A stretch of 64,000 bases of DNA, taken from the NCBI GenBank assembly GCA_051882415.1, contig JBJERU010000003.1, forward strand, positions 5,273 to 69,272. The letters are read 5' to 3'. A program made the translations under genes and the position numbers. This stretch comes from Faecalibacterium sp. (GTDB lineage: Bacteria; Bacillota; Clostridia; Oscillospirales; Ruminococcaceae). The stretch's first letter is position 1. Each line of letters begins with the position of its first letter. The notes below the pieces were generated by a model. It was not told the DNA's origin. It made no database searches and saw only the letters and a program-made list of their open reading frames with translations. Shown one piece after another: positions 8,283-18,331 of this stretch.

Positions 8283-8726
8283 ATGAGCAACGATCAGATC
8301 CTGATGGAAGACTATGTTTCCGGCGCTTATTTCGATGTGATGCTGAGCGCCGCGCCTGCGGGTATGAGCGGCCGCTTTACCTCGGTCTCAGGGCTCGGGA
8401 TGGAGTTTGACTATGAGACCTATCAGGAGGGCGGCTCGATGTACCCGCGCTATTTTTTTAATAACGCCGTGCCGCAGACCCTGGTGCTGGAGCAGGGAAC
8501 CGTGACCTCGGTGGATGCATTCTCGCTTCTGGTGGCGCTGGTCAACGCAGGCCAGTCGATGCCGCTGGCCGGTACCATCATCCTCTATGACCACAGGGGC
8601 CGGCCGATGCGCACCTGGACCATTGCGGGTGCCCATCTGATCCGCTATATCGGGCCAAGCCTGAACAGCAATGATGTGCAGCTTGCCGTCACGCGGATCG
8701 AGCTGCTGTATGGAGGCTGTACCTGA
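8283..8726 (+). CDS. Tail tube paralogue (gp19-like, Afp5-like)
   Basis: FTSVSGL, YQEGG, LVLEQG, GPSLNS, IEL motifs; TGATG overlap with next gene. Confidence 0.85.
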   Translation: MSNDQILMEDYVSGAYFDVMLSAAPAGMSGRFTSVSGLGMEFDYETYQEGGSMYPRYFFNNAVPQTLVLEQGTVTSVDAFSLLVALVNAGQSMPLAGTIILYDHRGRPMRTWTIAGAHLIRYIGPSLNSNDVQLAVTRIELLYGGCT

Positions 8727-11700
8727 TGGATCTGAGTACATACGTCCGGCGGGATATCTCCGGCATCCGCCGGGATCTTTTGCCGCTGTCGGGGTTCGGG
8801 CTTTTGTCACACGCGCTGTCCGAGGAGATCGCGGCGCGCAATCTGGCGTCCGAGGGATTTTATCGCAGCGCCGAGATGGAATTTCTCACCGAAGCGGAGC
8901 CGGAAGCAGCGCCGGAGCCGCGTCCTGCGCCCCGCAGGGCGGAGCCGCTCCGACTGGATCTGACGCTGCTGCTGAAGCTGGTACAACAAAGCGGACAGCC
9001 GCCGCTGACCGCAGGAAGCGAAAAGCTTCTGGAACGAGTGCGCACGATCCTTGTGACCGATGCGGGAAAACGGCCCGTATCCGGCCCGGCATCGCGCACC
9101 GCGTCCCGCCCGGCAGTCCGTCAGCTCCAGACTATGGAACTGGAGCTGCGCGGCGGCGCAGGGGGTCGGATGCGCAGCCCGCTGCGTGACCCCAGAGTGC
9201 CGATCACGCTGGCTCGGCAGGAGAACGCCCCCCGCGAGGTAGCACGTGCCTCTGACCATGCGATGCGTTTCGCCGATGTTCTGCGCCGCGCACAGGGTGA
9301 AGGGCTGACCTTTGCCACGGTGAAAGGCGGTGTGCCGCGCTCGGCTCAGACCCGCACAGCGTATCAGAATGCCCAGCAGACTAGGATCCGTCCGGCGCAG
9401 GCCGGGGAGGAACGGGACGGCCGCCCGGTATGGCAGCGGCATTCCCCGAAAGAAGGGAGCAATGCCCGGGAGCAGACCCAGAACTTTCCCCGGCAGGAGG
9501 CGGAACGACAGATGCCCTCACGGAACGGACTACCGGAGTCTCCCTTTGCGCCGCGCTACGCGGAGACGGAATTGCAGCTTGCGCAGGATACTCCGCTGAC
9601 CGAAGCGGCCGCTCATCCCACAGAGCCGCGCTTTGCCCGGGATGCCGCGCAGTCTCTGCGTGATGCCGCCGCTGTTCTGACCGAAAGCGCAGCTGCGGCG
9701 CTGCGGGAGATTCATTCTGAATCGCCTGCCGCACAATCGCCTGCCGCGCAGAAAGATGCTTCCCAAAAACTGCAAACGCAGAGTGTTGGGCTAGTGGAAA
9801 ACGCAGCTCCCTCACCCATGCGGCAAAAAGCAGAGCCTTGGCAGGCACCGGCACAGCCGCCTTTGGAAAGTACCGGGACTATGGCAAACAAGGCAAAAGA
9901 ATCTCCGCTTCAAAAAGAGGATGCCGGGGAGCGCTCGATTCCCGAAAAGCAGGATTCTCCAAAGCTGGAAAGACCGGCTGAAAACGAACTGCCCAGACGT
10001 TCCGCTTTGCGGGTGGATCGGAGCTTTTCCGCCGCAGAAACCGCGTCGGCAGAGACGCTGTTTGCGCCGCGCTACGCGGAGACGGAATTGCAGCTTGCGC
10101 AGGATACCCTGCCGACCCAAGATGCCGCGCATTCTGCGGAGCCGCGCTTTGCCCGGGAAGCCGCGCAGTCCCTGCGGGAAGCCGCCGCTGTCCTGACCGA
10201 AAGCACAGCTGCGGCCCTGCGGGAGATTCATTCTGAATTGCCTGCCGCGCAATCGCCTGCCGAGCAGAAAGATGCTTCCCAAAAACTGCAAACGCAGAGT
10301 GTTGGGCTAGTGGAAAACGCAGCTCCCTCACCCATGCGGCAAAAAGCAGAGCCTTGGCAGGCACCGGCACAGCCGCCTTTGGAAAGTACCGGGACTATGG
10401 CAAACAAGGCAAAAGAATCTCCGCTTCAAAAAGAGGATGCCGGGGAGCGCTCGATTCCCGAAAAGCAGGATTCTCCAAAGCTGGAAAGACCGGCTGAAAA
10501 CGAACTGCCCAGACGTTCCGCTTTGCGGGGGGACCGGAGCTTTTCCGCCGCAGAAACCGCATCGGCCGAGACGCTGTTTGCGCCGCGCTATGCGGAGACG
10601 GAATTGCAGCTTGCGCAGGATACTCCGCTGACCGAAGCGGCCGCTCATCCCACAGAGCCGCGCTTTGCCCGGGATGCCGCGCAGTCTCTGCGTGATGCCG
10701 CCGCTGTCCTGACCGAAAGCGCAGCTGCGGCCCTGCGGGAAACGGTGCCAGAGTTGACCCGCGCAGCAGTGCAGGCAACGGTACAAAATCAGGAATATCC
10801 CACAAAAAAGGATCGTTTGACAGCGGGACTGCTTTCCGCACAGATCCAACTCCCCCCACGGGAGAGCAGCTCCCGCCAGCAGACGGTACCGGAAAAAGAT
10901 TTCGCTTCGATCTCTGTGCCGGAGCAGCGCCCGGCGGCTTCGACAGCGGAACGGCCCGCGTTGATGCGCAGCGCAGAGTCAAAAAATGCGGACGTGCTTT
11001 TTTCTCCGCTTCGCGGAGAAGCAAGCCTGTCTGAACTGGAAGGGCTGCAAGCCGTTGAATGGCCCCCGGCTCCAGGGTATGGCAAAACGGTGCTGGAGCA
11101 TCGGACGGAAGGCCCCTCTCCGATGGAGAAGGATGTCCCGGTCACAGGACGCAGGGGAGACGCAGAGCCTTCTGCCCTGCTATGGCTGGGCCAAAAGATC
11201 GCCGGGAATGCCGCGCGGGAGCTTGCAAAAATGCAGGTGGTCTCCGCCGGTCGTAGGAGCCTGTCAGGGGCAGTTCTGCCCCAACAGCAGCCGTCTGTTT
11301 TCAGGACGGAGCTGCCGCTCTCCATCGGTCAGCCGCTGCGGTCTTTTGGGATGGTGCATCCCATGCAGCCGGGAGTGTCTGGCACAGCAGTGGCGCGGAG
11401 GGGAGAATCCCCGGCGGAGCTGATCTACATCAGCCCGGAGCAGTCCACAGAGGCATCGTCAGCGGCGGCTGGGGCGGAGGGGCTTGTCCGGACGCTGGAT
11501 CGCCTGCTGAGAACGCACAAATCCATGCGTCCGCGGGAGCTTCGCACCCTGAGCCGGAAAATCGAGCAGAACAGCCGTGCGCAGCGGGAGATGGGACATC
11601 TTTCCAAGCCGGTACAGATCCCCCATCCCGCAGAGCTGCCGGAGCTTCGCTATCAGACCGGCAGGCCGGAGCTGGAAACGATGCTCCCGGCGCGGGGGTC

Positions 11701-12151
11701 TGTCCGCCCGGCGGGGGCTGAGGATACGCTGGAGGCCCAGCAGGTCTATCCCGCGCTCGCCATGGAGTACAGCAGTCCGCTGACCCGCATGGAGGAGCAG
11801 CTCCAGACGGCCGTTGCCCGTCAGATGGAGCTGTCCGCCCGGCCCATCGGCACACAGACCGGGGCAGGGCAGTATATGGCCGGAAAAGCTTCCCCCGAGA
11901 GCATCAAGACGCTGGATCAGATGTCCCCGCCGCCCGCGTCCGGGCAGGTGGTGTGGCAGAATCCCTATCTGCGCGCCGCCCCCTCCGAGATGACCTATCG
12001 CCAGAAAAAGCAGCCGCCGGAGCCGCCTGCCTCCGCGCCGCGCCCGCAGCCGCTGCGGGTGAGCGATGCGGAGCTTCGGCGCATGGCAGATCAGGTGTTC
12101 CGTCTGGTCAAGGATTCCATCCGGCAGGAGCGCCGCAAAATGGGCCTTTGA
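8726..12151 (+). CDS. Large low-complexity eCIS protein with 172-aa repeats (tape-measure candidate)
   Basis: 1141 aa, rich in A/E/P/R/S; C-terminal LRRMADQVFRLVKDSIRQERRKMG resembles the motif ending the gene that precedes the LysM tube initiator in eCIS loci. Confidence 0.7.
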   Translation: MDLSTYVRRDISGIRRDLLPLSGFGLLSHALSEEIAARNLASEGFYRSAEMEFLTEAEPEAAPEPRPAPRRAEPLRLDLTLLLKLVQQSGQPPLTAGSEKLLERVRTILVTDAGKRPVSGPASRTASRPAVRQLQTMELELRGGAGGRMRSPLRDPRVPITLARQENAPREVARASDHAMRFADVLRRAQGEGLTFATVKGGVPRSAQTRTAYQNAQQTRIRPAQAGEERDGRPVWQRHSPKEGSNAREQTQNFPRQEAERQMPSRNGLPESPFAPRYAETELQLAQDTPLTEAAAHPTEPRFARDAAQSLRDAAAVLTESAAAALREIHSESPAAQSPAAQKDASQKLQTQSVGLVENAAPSPMRQKAEPWQAPAQPPLESTGTMANKAKESPLQKEDAGERSIPEKQDSPKLERPAENELPRRSALRVDRSFSAAETASAETLFAPRYAETELQLAQDTLPTQDAAHSAEPRFAREAAQSLREAAAVLTESTAAALREIHSELPAAQSPAEQKDASQKLQTQSVGLVENAAPSPMRQKAEPWQAPAQPPLESTGTMANKAKESPLQKEDAGERSIPEKQDSPKLERPAENELPRRSALRGDRSFSAAETASAETLFAPRYAETELQLAQDTPLTEAAAHPTEPRFARDAAQSLRDAAAVLTESAAAALRETVPELTRAAVQATVQNQEYPTKKDRLTAGLLSAQIQLPPRESSSRQQTVPEKDFASISVPEQRPAASTAERPALMRSAESKNADVLFSPLRGEASLSELEGLQAVEWPPAPGYGKTVLEHRTEGPSPMEKDVPVTGRRGDAEPSALLWLGQKIAGNAARELAKMQVVSAGRRSLSGAVLPQQQPSVFRTELPLSIGQPLRSFGMVHPMQPGVSGTAVARRGESPAELIYISPEQSTEASSAAAGAEGLVRTLDRLLRTHKSMRPRELRTLSRKIEQNSRAQREMGHLSKPVQIPHPAELPELRYQTGRPELETMLPARGSVRPAGAEDTLEAQQVYPALAMEYSSPLTRMEEQLQTAVARQMELSARPIGTQTGAGQYMAGKASPESIKTLDQMSPPPASGQVVWQNPYLRAAPSEMTYRQKKQPPEPPASAPRPQPLRVSDAELRRMADQVFRLVKDSIRQERRKMGL
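9545..10741 (+). repeat. 516-bp in-frame tandem repeat (~2.3 copies)
   Basis: TTTGCGCCGCGCTA (FAPRYAETELQLAQDT) starts at 9545, 10061 and 10577; long near-identical stretches between copies. Confidence 0.95.
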
Positions 12152-12241
12152 GCCGGAGCGACGCAGTCCGGCTGCATCCAAAACCAGAACCTGTGCTGGC
12201 CCGCACAGAAATGTGGATCATGCAGAAAGGAGGCGCAGGCC

Positions 12242-12967
12242 TTGCATGTCGGCGTGAACAATGTTAACCTGCTCTGCCCGGTCGCCAAGCTGAAGATCAA
12301 GAATCTAAGCAGCAAAAAATCCTTTTCGGTGCTGTACAATCCCCAGTCCTACAGCATCGAGCGCGGCGTCCGATACAGCGAGCAGGCTGGTCTGGATACC
12401 AACGCTCCCAGCGTGCAGTTCATCAACGGCTCGGCCGAGACGCTGCACATGGAGCTGTTTTTTGATTCCTTTTCGGCAGGTGCGGAGGTCGGCGGTTCTC
12501 TGGCCGACCGCGCCAAATTCACCGGCAACAGCGTGCTGCCCTCGGCGGCAAAGCAGCTCGACGTCCGCAAATACACCAGCAAGGTCTATGACCTCATGCT
12601 CATCGACCCCAGCCTGCATGTGCCGCCGCTGCTCAAGCTGGAATGGTCGTCCCTGCAGTTTGAGGGCCACCTCATTTCCTGCAAGCAGAATTTTACCAAG
12701 TTCAACGAGCGCGGCGTGCCGGTGCGCGCAAAGCTGGACTGCGTTTTTCGGCAGTACATCAAGCCCAGTGAGATCGCAAAGCTGGAACCGGTGGGATCCC
12801 CGGATACGGCCAAGTTCCGCACGGTCTGCGAGGGCGATTCCTTGTGGGCGATCGCGGCGCGGGAATACGGCCAGAGCAGCCTGTGGCGGGAGATCGCGCG
12901 GGTCAACGGCATCGAGAACCCACGCCAGCTTGAGACCGGCATGGTGCTCCAGATCCCGGCGCTGTGA
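12242..12967 (+). CDS. CIS tube initiator with LysM domain (Afp7-like)
   Basis: VLYNPQSYS, LFFD, PPLLKLEW, GVPVRA, C-terminal GDSLWAIAAREYG...NGIENP LysM; TTG start after AAGGAGG. Confidence 0.93.
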   Translation: MHVGVNNVNLLCPVAKLKIKNLSSKKSFSVLYNPQSYSIERGVRYSEQAGLDTNAPSVQFINGSAETLHMELFFDSFSAGAEVGGSLADRAKFTGNSVLPSAAKQLDVRKYTSKVYDLMLIDPSLHVPPLLKLEWSSLQFEGHLISCKQNFTKFNERGVPVRAKLDCVFRQYIKPSEIAKLEPVGSPDTAKFRTVCEGDSLWAIAAREYGQSSLWREIARVNGIENPRQLETGMVLQIPAL

Positions 12968-12994
12968 GCGATACAGGAAAGGAGAGCCAACACA

Positions 12995-14122
12995 ATGGGC
13001 GGTTTTGATGCCAGCGGATCCTATTCCTTTGCCAGCCTGGAGAAAAAATACAGCAGCTTTCTTTCCCCTACGGTTCGGATCGAGGTCGGCGGCTTCCAGC
13101 TGGGCAGCGGCGCGATCCCGGTCACGGAGGTCCGGGTGGAGCTGACCACCGAGAACCGGGCCGGAAGCTGCCAGTTCACGCTGGATTCCCTGTACGATTA
13201 TGAGACCGGCAAATGGTCCAAGGGTCTGCTGGAGAGCATCGACGTTGCCCAGCTCGTTGAGGTGGAGCTGGGCTATGCCGAATCCCAGAAGCGGGTCTTT
13301 TACGGCTATGTGGACCGCTACCGGGTGGAGTATACGGCATCCGGCGCGCCCCGCCTGACGGTGTATGCGCTGGACGGGCTGGGTGTGCTGATGGCCGACC
13401 GGGAAAAGCTGGACTTCGGCCAGAAAAAGACCAATGACGTGGTAAGGGAGATCCTTTCCCGGTGCCAGGCCTCCGGCGTGGCGGAAAAGGTGTCCATGGA
13501 CTCGCTCCCCGTGTTCGAGGCGCCGCTGCTCAAGGAAAAGGGATGCAGCTCCTACGAGTTTTTGTGCCGGATGGCAGAGATGAGCTTTATGAGCTTTTGC
13601 ATCATCAACGGGGAGCTGATGTTCAAGAACCTGATGAAGAATACCAAAACACTGCTCACGCTGACCATTGGGCAGGATCTCCAGGAGTTCAGCCGGGAGG
13701 TCAGCTTCAACAGCAGCACGGTGGGTTCGGTCACGGTCATCAGCTGCGGCTCGGTGGACAAAAAAGAGCTGCGCGGCGTGGCCCACAGCCCCAGCCGCTT
13801 TGGTGCGTCGGGCAAAACCGGCGCCGAGAAATGGGCCGCGCTGGGGGAGGCCTCCAACAAGGATATCGTGATCAACTCGCTCCAGACCGAGCAGGAATGC
13901 GAGCAGATCGCCCAGAACATCCTGGACGGCATGAGCCTGGGCTTTTCGGCGGGCGGCGGGCGCTGTCTGGGCCTGCCGGAGCTGTGCCCGGGACGCTATG
14001 TAGAGGTCAAGGGGCTGGACAAGGCTGCAAACGGCAGCTATTTTGTGACAAAAGTGACCCACACCTTTTCGGAGAGCGGGTACACGACAGAATTTGAGGT
14101 CAAGGGGTTTCGCAGTAAATGA
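12995..14122 (+). CDS. Baseplate hub, phage late control D / gp27-like (VgrG N-terminal half)
   Basis: VEVELGY, FYGYV, SSYEFLCRMA, GLPELCPG, GSYFVTKVTH; synteny. Confidence 0.88.
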   Translation: MGGFDASGSYSFASLEKKYSSFLSPTVRIEVGGFQLGSGAIPVTEVRVELTTENRAGSCQFTLDSLYDYETGKWSKGLLESIDVAQLVEVELGYAESQKRVFYGYVDRYRVEYTASGAPRLTVYALDGLGVLMADREKLDFGQKKTNDVVREILSRCQASGVAEKVSMDSLPVFEAPLLKEKGCSSYEFLCRMAEMSFMSFCIINGELMFKNLMKNTKTLLTLTIGQDLQEFSREVSFNSSTVGSVTVISCGSVDKKELRGVAHSPSRFGASGKTGAEKWAALGEASNKDIVINSLQTEQECEQIAQNILDGMSLGFSAGGGRCLGLPELCPGRYVEVKGLDKAANGSYFVTKVTHTFSESGYTTEFEVKGFRSK

Positions 14123-14910
14123 ACAGCCGATACGATCCATTTTCCAATACCTTCGCGCTGGACGAGCTTCAGAAAAGCATGCAGCGGGTGGGCCTGACGC
14201 TGGCCAAAGTGACCAACATCACCGACCCGAAGGAGCTGAACCGGGTGCGCTGCCGCCCCGTTGCAGGGGAGAGCGAAACGGATATTCTGGAAACCGACTG
14301 GTGTCCGGTGGTGCAGCCGCTTTCCGGCAAGGGCTGCGGACAGTACTTTATGCCCAGCGTGGACGATCTGGTGCTGCTGGCCTATCTGAACGGCGACCCG
14401 CATTGTCCCTATGTGATGGGCGGCGTGTGGAACCAGGATTCGGCTGCGCCCTATACCCTCAAGGAGGGCAAGAACCTGAACTTTTCGATCCGGACGCCGG
14501 GCGGTGCGGAGCTGCTGTTCTACGACGAAAAGGAGAAGGAGACCATCACGCTCAAGACGCCCAAGGGCGCACAGCTCAAGCTGGACGACGCCGGGCAGGA
14601 GGCGACCTTGCAGGATCCGGAAAGCAAAAACAGCCTCAGGATGAACTGGAAGGACGGCGGCATCACGCTCCACGCGGAAAAAAAGCTGATCCTTTCGGCG
14701 GGCGATACCACCATCACGCTGGAAAGCTCCGGCGCGCTGACGGTAAAGGCCGGCGGCAAGATCGAGGTCAAGGGCGCGGAGATCGAGCAGACCGCCACCA
14801 ACGGCTTCAAGGCCAAGGGTGCCTCCGCCAATGTGGAGGCGGACGGCAAGCTGACGCTGAAGGGCGCTTCGGCTGACCTGAAGGGCAGCGCGGGCGTGAA
14901 TATCAACTGA
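14119..14910 (+). CDS. Spike protein, gp5 / baseplate assembly protein V (VgrG C-terminal half)
   Basis: OB-fold AKVTNITDP, FMPSVDDLVLLAY..GDP..PYVMGGVWN followed by beta-helix repeats ending VNIN. Confidence 0.93.
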   Translation: MNSRYDPFSNTFALDELQKSMQRVGLTLAKVTNITDPKELNRVRCRPVAGESETDILETDWCPVVQPLSGKGCGQYFMPSVDDLVLLAYLNGDPHCPYVMGGVWNQDSAAPYTLKEGKNLNFSIRTPGGAELLFYDEKEKETITLKTPKGAQLKLDDAGQEATLQDPESKNSLRMNWKDGGITLHAEKKLILSAGDTTITLESSGALTVKAGGKIEVKGAEIEQTATNGFKAKGASANVEADGKLTLKGASADLKGSAGVNIN

Positions 14911-14965
14911 GAAAACGGCTTCTGGAGCCGGAGGCCGGAAAGCCCCGGCCAGGGGAGGGGATCCG

Positions 14966-15382
14966 ATGGACAACAGGGATTTTTTGGGCCGCGGGCTGAG
15001 CTTTCCGCTTCGTCTCGACCCCCGGACAGGACGTTTTGCGGTCAGCAGCCACGAACAGAGCATCCGGGAATCGGTGGGCATCATTTTGGGCACCTATCGG
15101 GGCGAACGGGTCATGCGCCCGGAGTTTGGGGCAAACACGGCGGATTATGCCTTCGCTCCCTCGGATTCCTCGCTGCAGGAGAGCATCGCCTACGACCTGC
15201 AGCGGCAGCTCGTGTTGCAGGAGCCGCGCATCCGCGATATCGAAGTCACCTGTGAGGAGCCGTCCCGTCAGACAGGGACACTGGTGGTGCATGTATCTTA
15301 TACGGTGCGCAGCACGAACAATCGCTTCAATCAGGTCTATCCGTTCTATACACAGGGCAGCCAGCCGGAAGAGGAAGAATGA
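14966..15382 (+). CDS. GPW/gp25 baseplate protein (Afp9-like)
   Basis: FLGRGLSFP, GERVMRPEFG, EPRI, TNNRFNQVYPFY. Confidence 0.96.
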   Translation: MDNRDFLGRGLSFPLRLDPRTGRFAVSSHEQSIRESVGIILGTYRGERVMRPEFGANTADYAFAPSDSSLQESIAYDLQRQLVLQEPRIRDIEVTCEEPSRQTGTLVVHVSYTVRSTNNRFNQVYPFYTQGSQPEEEE

Positions 15383-15385
15383 GCT

Positions 15386-18295
15386 ATGAAAGTACCCATC
15401 CTGGACACCCGCAGCAAAGCGCAGATCATGGAGCAGTTTGCACGTCTGGCGGCGGGATATCTGTCGGAGTGGCATTATGACGGCGACCCCTCTGACCCGG
15501 CAGCCGCGCTGGGGGAGCTGTTCGGCGAGATGTTTTATCAGACGGTGGATCGCTTCAACGCAGTGCCGCAAAAGCTGCATACGGAATTTTTGAACCTTCT
15601 GGGCGTGGAGCGCGGCCCGCAGCATCCGGCAGCGGGCGTGATCCAGTTCCAGGTGCATGAGGGCGTAGAGGAGCGCGTGACCATCCCCGGGGGAACCATG
15701 GTCTATGCGCAGGATGAAAAAGACGAGAACATCGTATATGAAACGGTGCGGACGATCGAGGCGACTCCCGCCCGGCTGGAGGATATCTGGTTCTCCAGCA
15801 AGGACGGCGCGGTGATCCAGCGGCTGGATCTGAGCCGTCCGCAGCCCTTTTTCCGTCCTGCAGAGGCGGAAAACCTGCAGATGCATCGGTTTTCCTTTGT
15901 GCAGAACGATGTCCTGCGCGGCAGCGTGCCCTGCCGGATCGAAGTGACGCTGGAGACCGCGAACCGCCAGCTCAGTGTTCGTCTGGCCCAAAGGCTGGCG
16001 GATCCGGAGTTTGCGCGCTGGAGCTGGCCCGGCGCACAAGGGCCGGTCCCGTTTACCGAGGTCACGGCGGAGGACGGTGTCCTCTGCCTGCACAAGACGC
16101 AGACGGCTCCGCTGATCCCCGATGAAAACGGCGACCTGTGGCTGGAATGCCGGATGCAGGCGGCCCCCGGCAGCGTAATCGTGGACGGCCTGCGGGTGCG
16201 CAGCGTCTCCGATCAGCCCGTTGCGGCACAGCGGCTGCTGCAGGGCGATATCCCCATCCGGCCGGAAGAAGGCGGGTACTGCTTTGGCCGCCGCCCGGCG
16301 GTGTACGATCTGTTTTATATCCGCTCCGATGAGGTGTTCAGCAAACGGGGCGCACAGGCGATGCTCCGGTTCGAGCTGGAGCCGGTGGTCTGGTCGCTGG
16401 TGCAGCCGGGGCCGCAGTACGATTTTACCCGGATGATCGTGGACAAGAACGACACCGTGACCATAAAGACAGACGATGTCTTTGTGCGCGGCGTGGTGTG
16501 GGAGTATTACAACGGCGTCGGCTGGACCGAGCTGCCGGTGCAGGGCAGCCGCAACCCCTTCTCCTGCCAGTCGGACGCGCCGCAGGAGCTGCGGTTCCGG
16601 ATCCCGTCCGACCTGTGCCCGGTGGAGCTGGAGGCGCAGGAGGGCCGGTATATCCGTGCCCGGGTGACTTCCATTGAAAATGAGTTTTCGCCTCTGCCGC
16701 GCTGGGTCGTCCCCTTTGTGCGGCAGGTGGAATGCAGCTGGCACTACGCCGAGCCGTGCCCGATCCAGCGGCTGCGCACCCGGAACAATGCTTCCTCCAC
16801 CGAGCTGGAAACGGCCGGGCTGCGGCAGCTGAACGCGGCGCTGTATGCCAATTTTGAAGCGCCTGTCCCGGCGGAATACCTTCGCTTTGACCGCTCGCCG
16901 GACGGCCTGCCCATCGCCCTGACCTTCGACCTGCCGGGACATGCCGCCACGCGCAGCAAGATCCTGTATGAAGCGTGGAATGGAACGCGCTTTGAGCAGG
17001 TGCGGACGGTGGACGAGACCCGGAACCTGGAATATTCCGGCCAGGTCTACCTGTATCTGCCCCAGCCCCTGCCCCGGGCGGTATTTTTCGGGCAGGAAGG
17101 CTGCTGGCTGCGCATGAGCATGAGCGAGCTGCCCATCCATCAGGTGCTGCCGACGGTAGGTTCCATCCGGCTCAATACGGTCACGGCGGTGCAGCAGCAG
17201 CCCATGCCGGAACAGCGGTTCAGCACAGGAAAGTCCCCCGCGGGCCAGACCTTCCGCCTGCTCCAGGACGATGTGCTGCGCTGTGAGGTATGGGTCAACG
17301 AAAGCGGGGCGCTGTCGTCCGCAGAGCTGGCAGAGCTGCGGCAGAATGTCCCCGCAGAGCTGCGGATCGAGCGCAAGGGCGACCGGGAGCTTTGCTGGGT
17401 GCGCTGGCATCCTGTAAGCTCGCTGGCCCGGTGCGGCCCGGAGGAGCGGGCCTATGAGCTGGAGCCGGGCAGCGGGATGCTTCGGTTCGGCGATGGGCTG
17501 CATGGCCGCAGCCTTCCCTCCGGCTTTGAGACCGTCCGGGTGCAGGGGACTGTTGGCGGAGGAACGCGGGGCAATCTCCCCGCCGGGGCGGTCACGGCGT
17601 TTCTGGCGTCCATCCCCCACATCGCTTCGCTTTCCAACATCACGCCCATGAGCGGCGGCGCGGATCCGCTTTCCCAGCGGGAGCTGGAGGCGCTGGGGGG
17701 ATGCCGCTTCCGCAACCGGGATCGGGCGGTCACGGCGCAGGACTATGAGGATCTGGTGCGGCTGCACTTTCCTCAGGTCCGTCAGGTCCGATGCTTTTCC
17801 GGCATGGACGATACAGGCACCTATCGTCCCGGGCATCTCTGCGTGGTCGTGATGGGCGATACCCCGGACAACGACCGCGCTTCCTGGCAGCTGTGCCGGG
17901 AGATCCGCGACCTTTTGGAAAAGCGGTGCGACTGCACGCTGGCGGGCACCGGAAGGGTCCATGTCCGGTCGGCGGTCAGCATCACGCTGAATGTGAACAT
18001 TCAGGTATCCCTGAACGATTTTGAGCTTGCCGCCCCCACACAGCAGGAAGTTGCGGCGGCTCTGGAAGAACGGATCGAAACGGTCTGGCGCAGCCGGGGG
18101 ATCGGCAGCCAGATCGAGCTGCATGAGCTGTATACCGCGGTCAAGCAGGTCCCGAACGTGGGGGCGATCCAGCAGCTGCTGGTGGAAGGTGTATGGTACG
18201 AGAACGGTGTGCGCCGGATCCGCCCCATCGAGGAGGGCGAGGTGCATCCGTTCGCAGCGGTAAAAAGCGGGCTGCATACGGTCCGCATCGGATAA
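15386..18295 (+). CDS. Baseplate J/gp6-like wedge protein
   Basis: PILDTRS, LRFGDGLHG, GGGTRGNL, GGAD, RDRAVTAQDYE. Confidence 0.92.
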   Translation: MKVPILDTRSKAQIMEQFARLAAGYLSEWHYDGDPSDPAAALGELFGEMFYQTVDRFNAVPQKLHTEFLNLLGVERGPQHPAAGVIQFQVHEGVEERVTIPGGTMVYAQDEKDENIVYETVRTIEATPARLEDIWFSSKDGAVIQRLDLSRPQPFFRPAEAENLQMHRFSFVQNDVLRGSVPCRIEVTLETANRQLSVRLAQRLADPEFARWSWPGAQGPVPFTEVTAEDGVLCLHKTQTAPLIPDENGDLWLECRMQAAPGSVIVDGLRVRSVSDQPVAAQRLLQGDIPIRPEEGGYCFGRRPAVYDLFYIRSDEVFSKRGAQAMLRFELEPVVWSLVQPGPQYDFTRMIVDKNDTVTIKTDDVFVRGVVWEYYNGVGWTELPVQGSRNPFSCQSDAPQELRFRIPSDLCPVELEAQEGRYIRARVTSIENEFSPLPRWVVPFVRQVECSWHYAEPCPIQRLRTRNNASSTELETAGLRQLNAALYANFEAPVPAEYLRFDRSPDGLPIALTFDLPGHAATRSKILYEAWNGTRFEQVRTVDETRNLEYSGQVYLYLPQPLPRAVFFGQEGCWLRMSMSELPIHQVLPTVGSIRLNTVTAVQQQPMPEQRFSTGKSPAGQTFRLLQDDVLRCEVWVNESGALSSAELAELRQNVPAELRIERKGDRELCWVRWHPVSSLARCGPEERAYELEPGSGMLRFGDGLHGRSLPSGFETVRVQGTVGGGTRGNLPAGAVTAFLASIPHIASLSNITPMSGGADPLSQRELEALGGCRFRNRDRAVTAQDYEDLVRLHFPQVRQVRCFSGMDDTGTYRPGHLCVVVMGDTPDNDRASWQLCREIRDLLEKRCDCTLAGTGRVHVRSAVSITLNVNIQVSLNDFELAAPTQQEVAAALEERIETVWRSRGIGSQIELHELYTAVKQVPNVGAIQQLLVEGVWYENGVRRIRPIEEGEVHPFAAVKSGLHTVRIG

Positions 18296-18331
18296 ACAGA
18301 CCGGATATTTTTGCGAAAGGAGGGTGCAGGG

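Noticed and set aside
12176-12190. ATCCAAA(A)CCAGAA similarity between the leaders of the sheath (4744) and LysM genes
   Set aside because: Only about 13 bp in two places; cannot be separated from chance without orthologue comparison.
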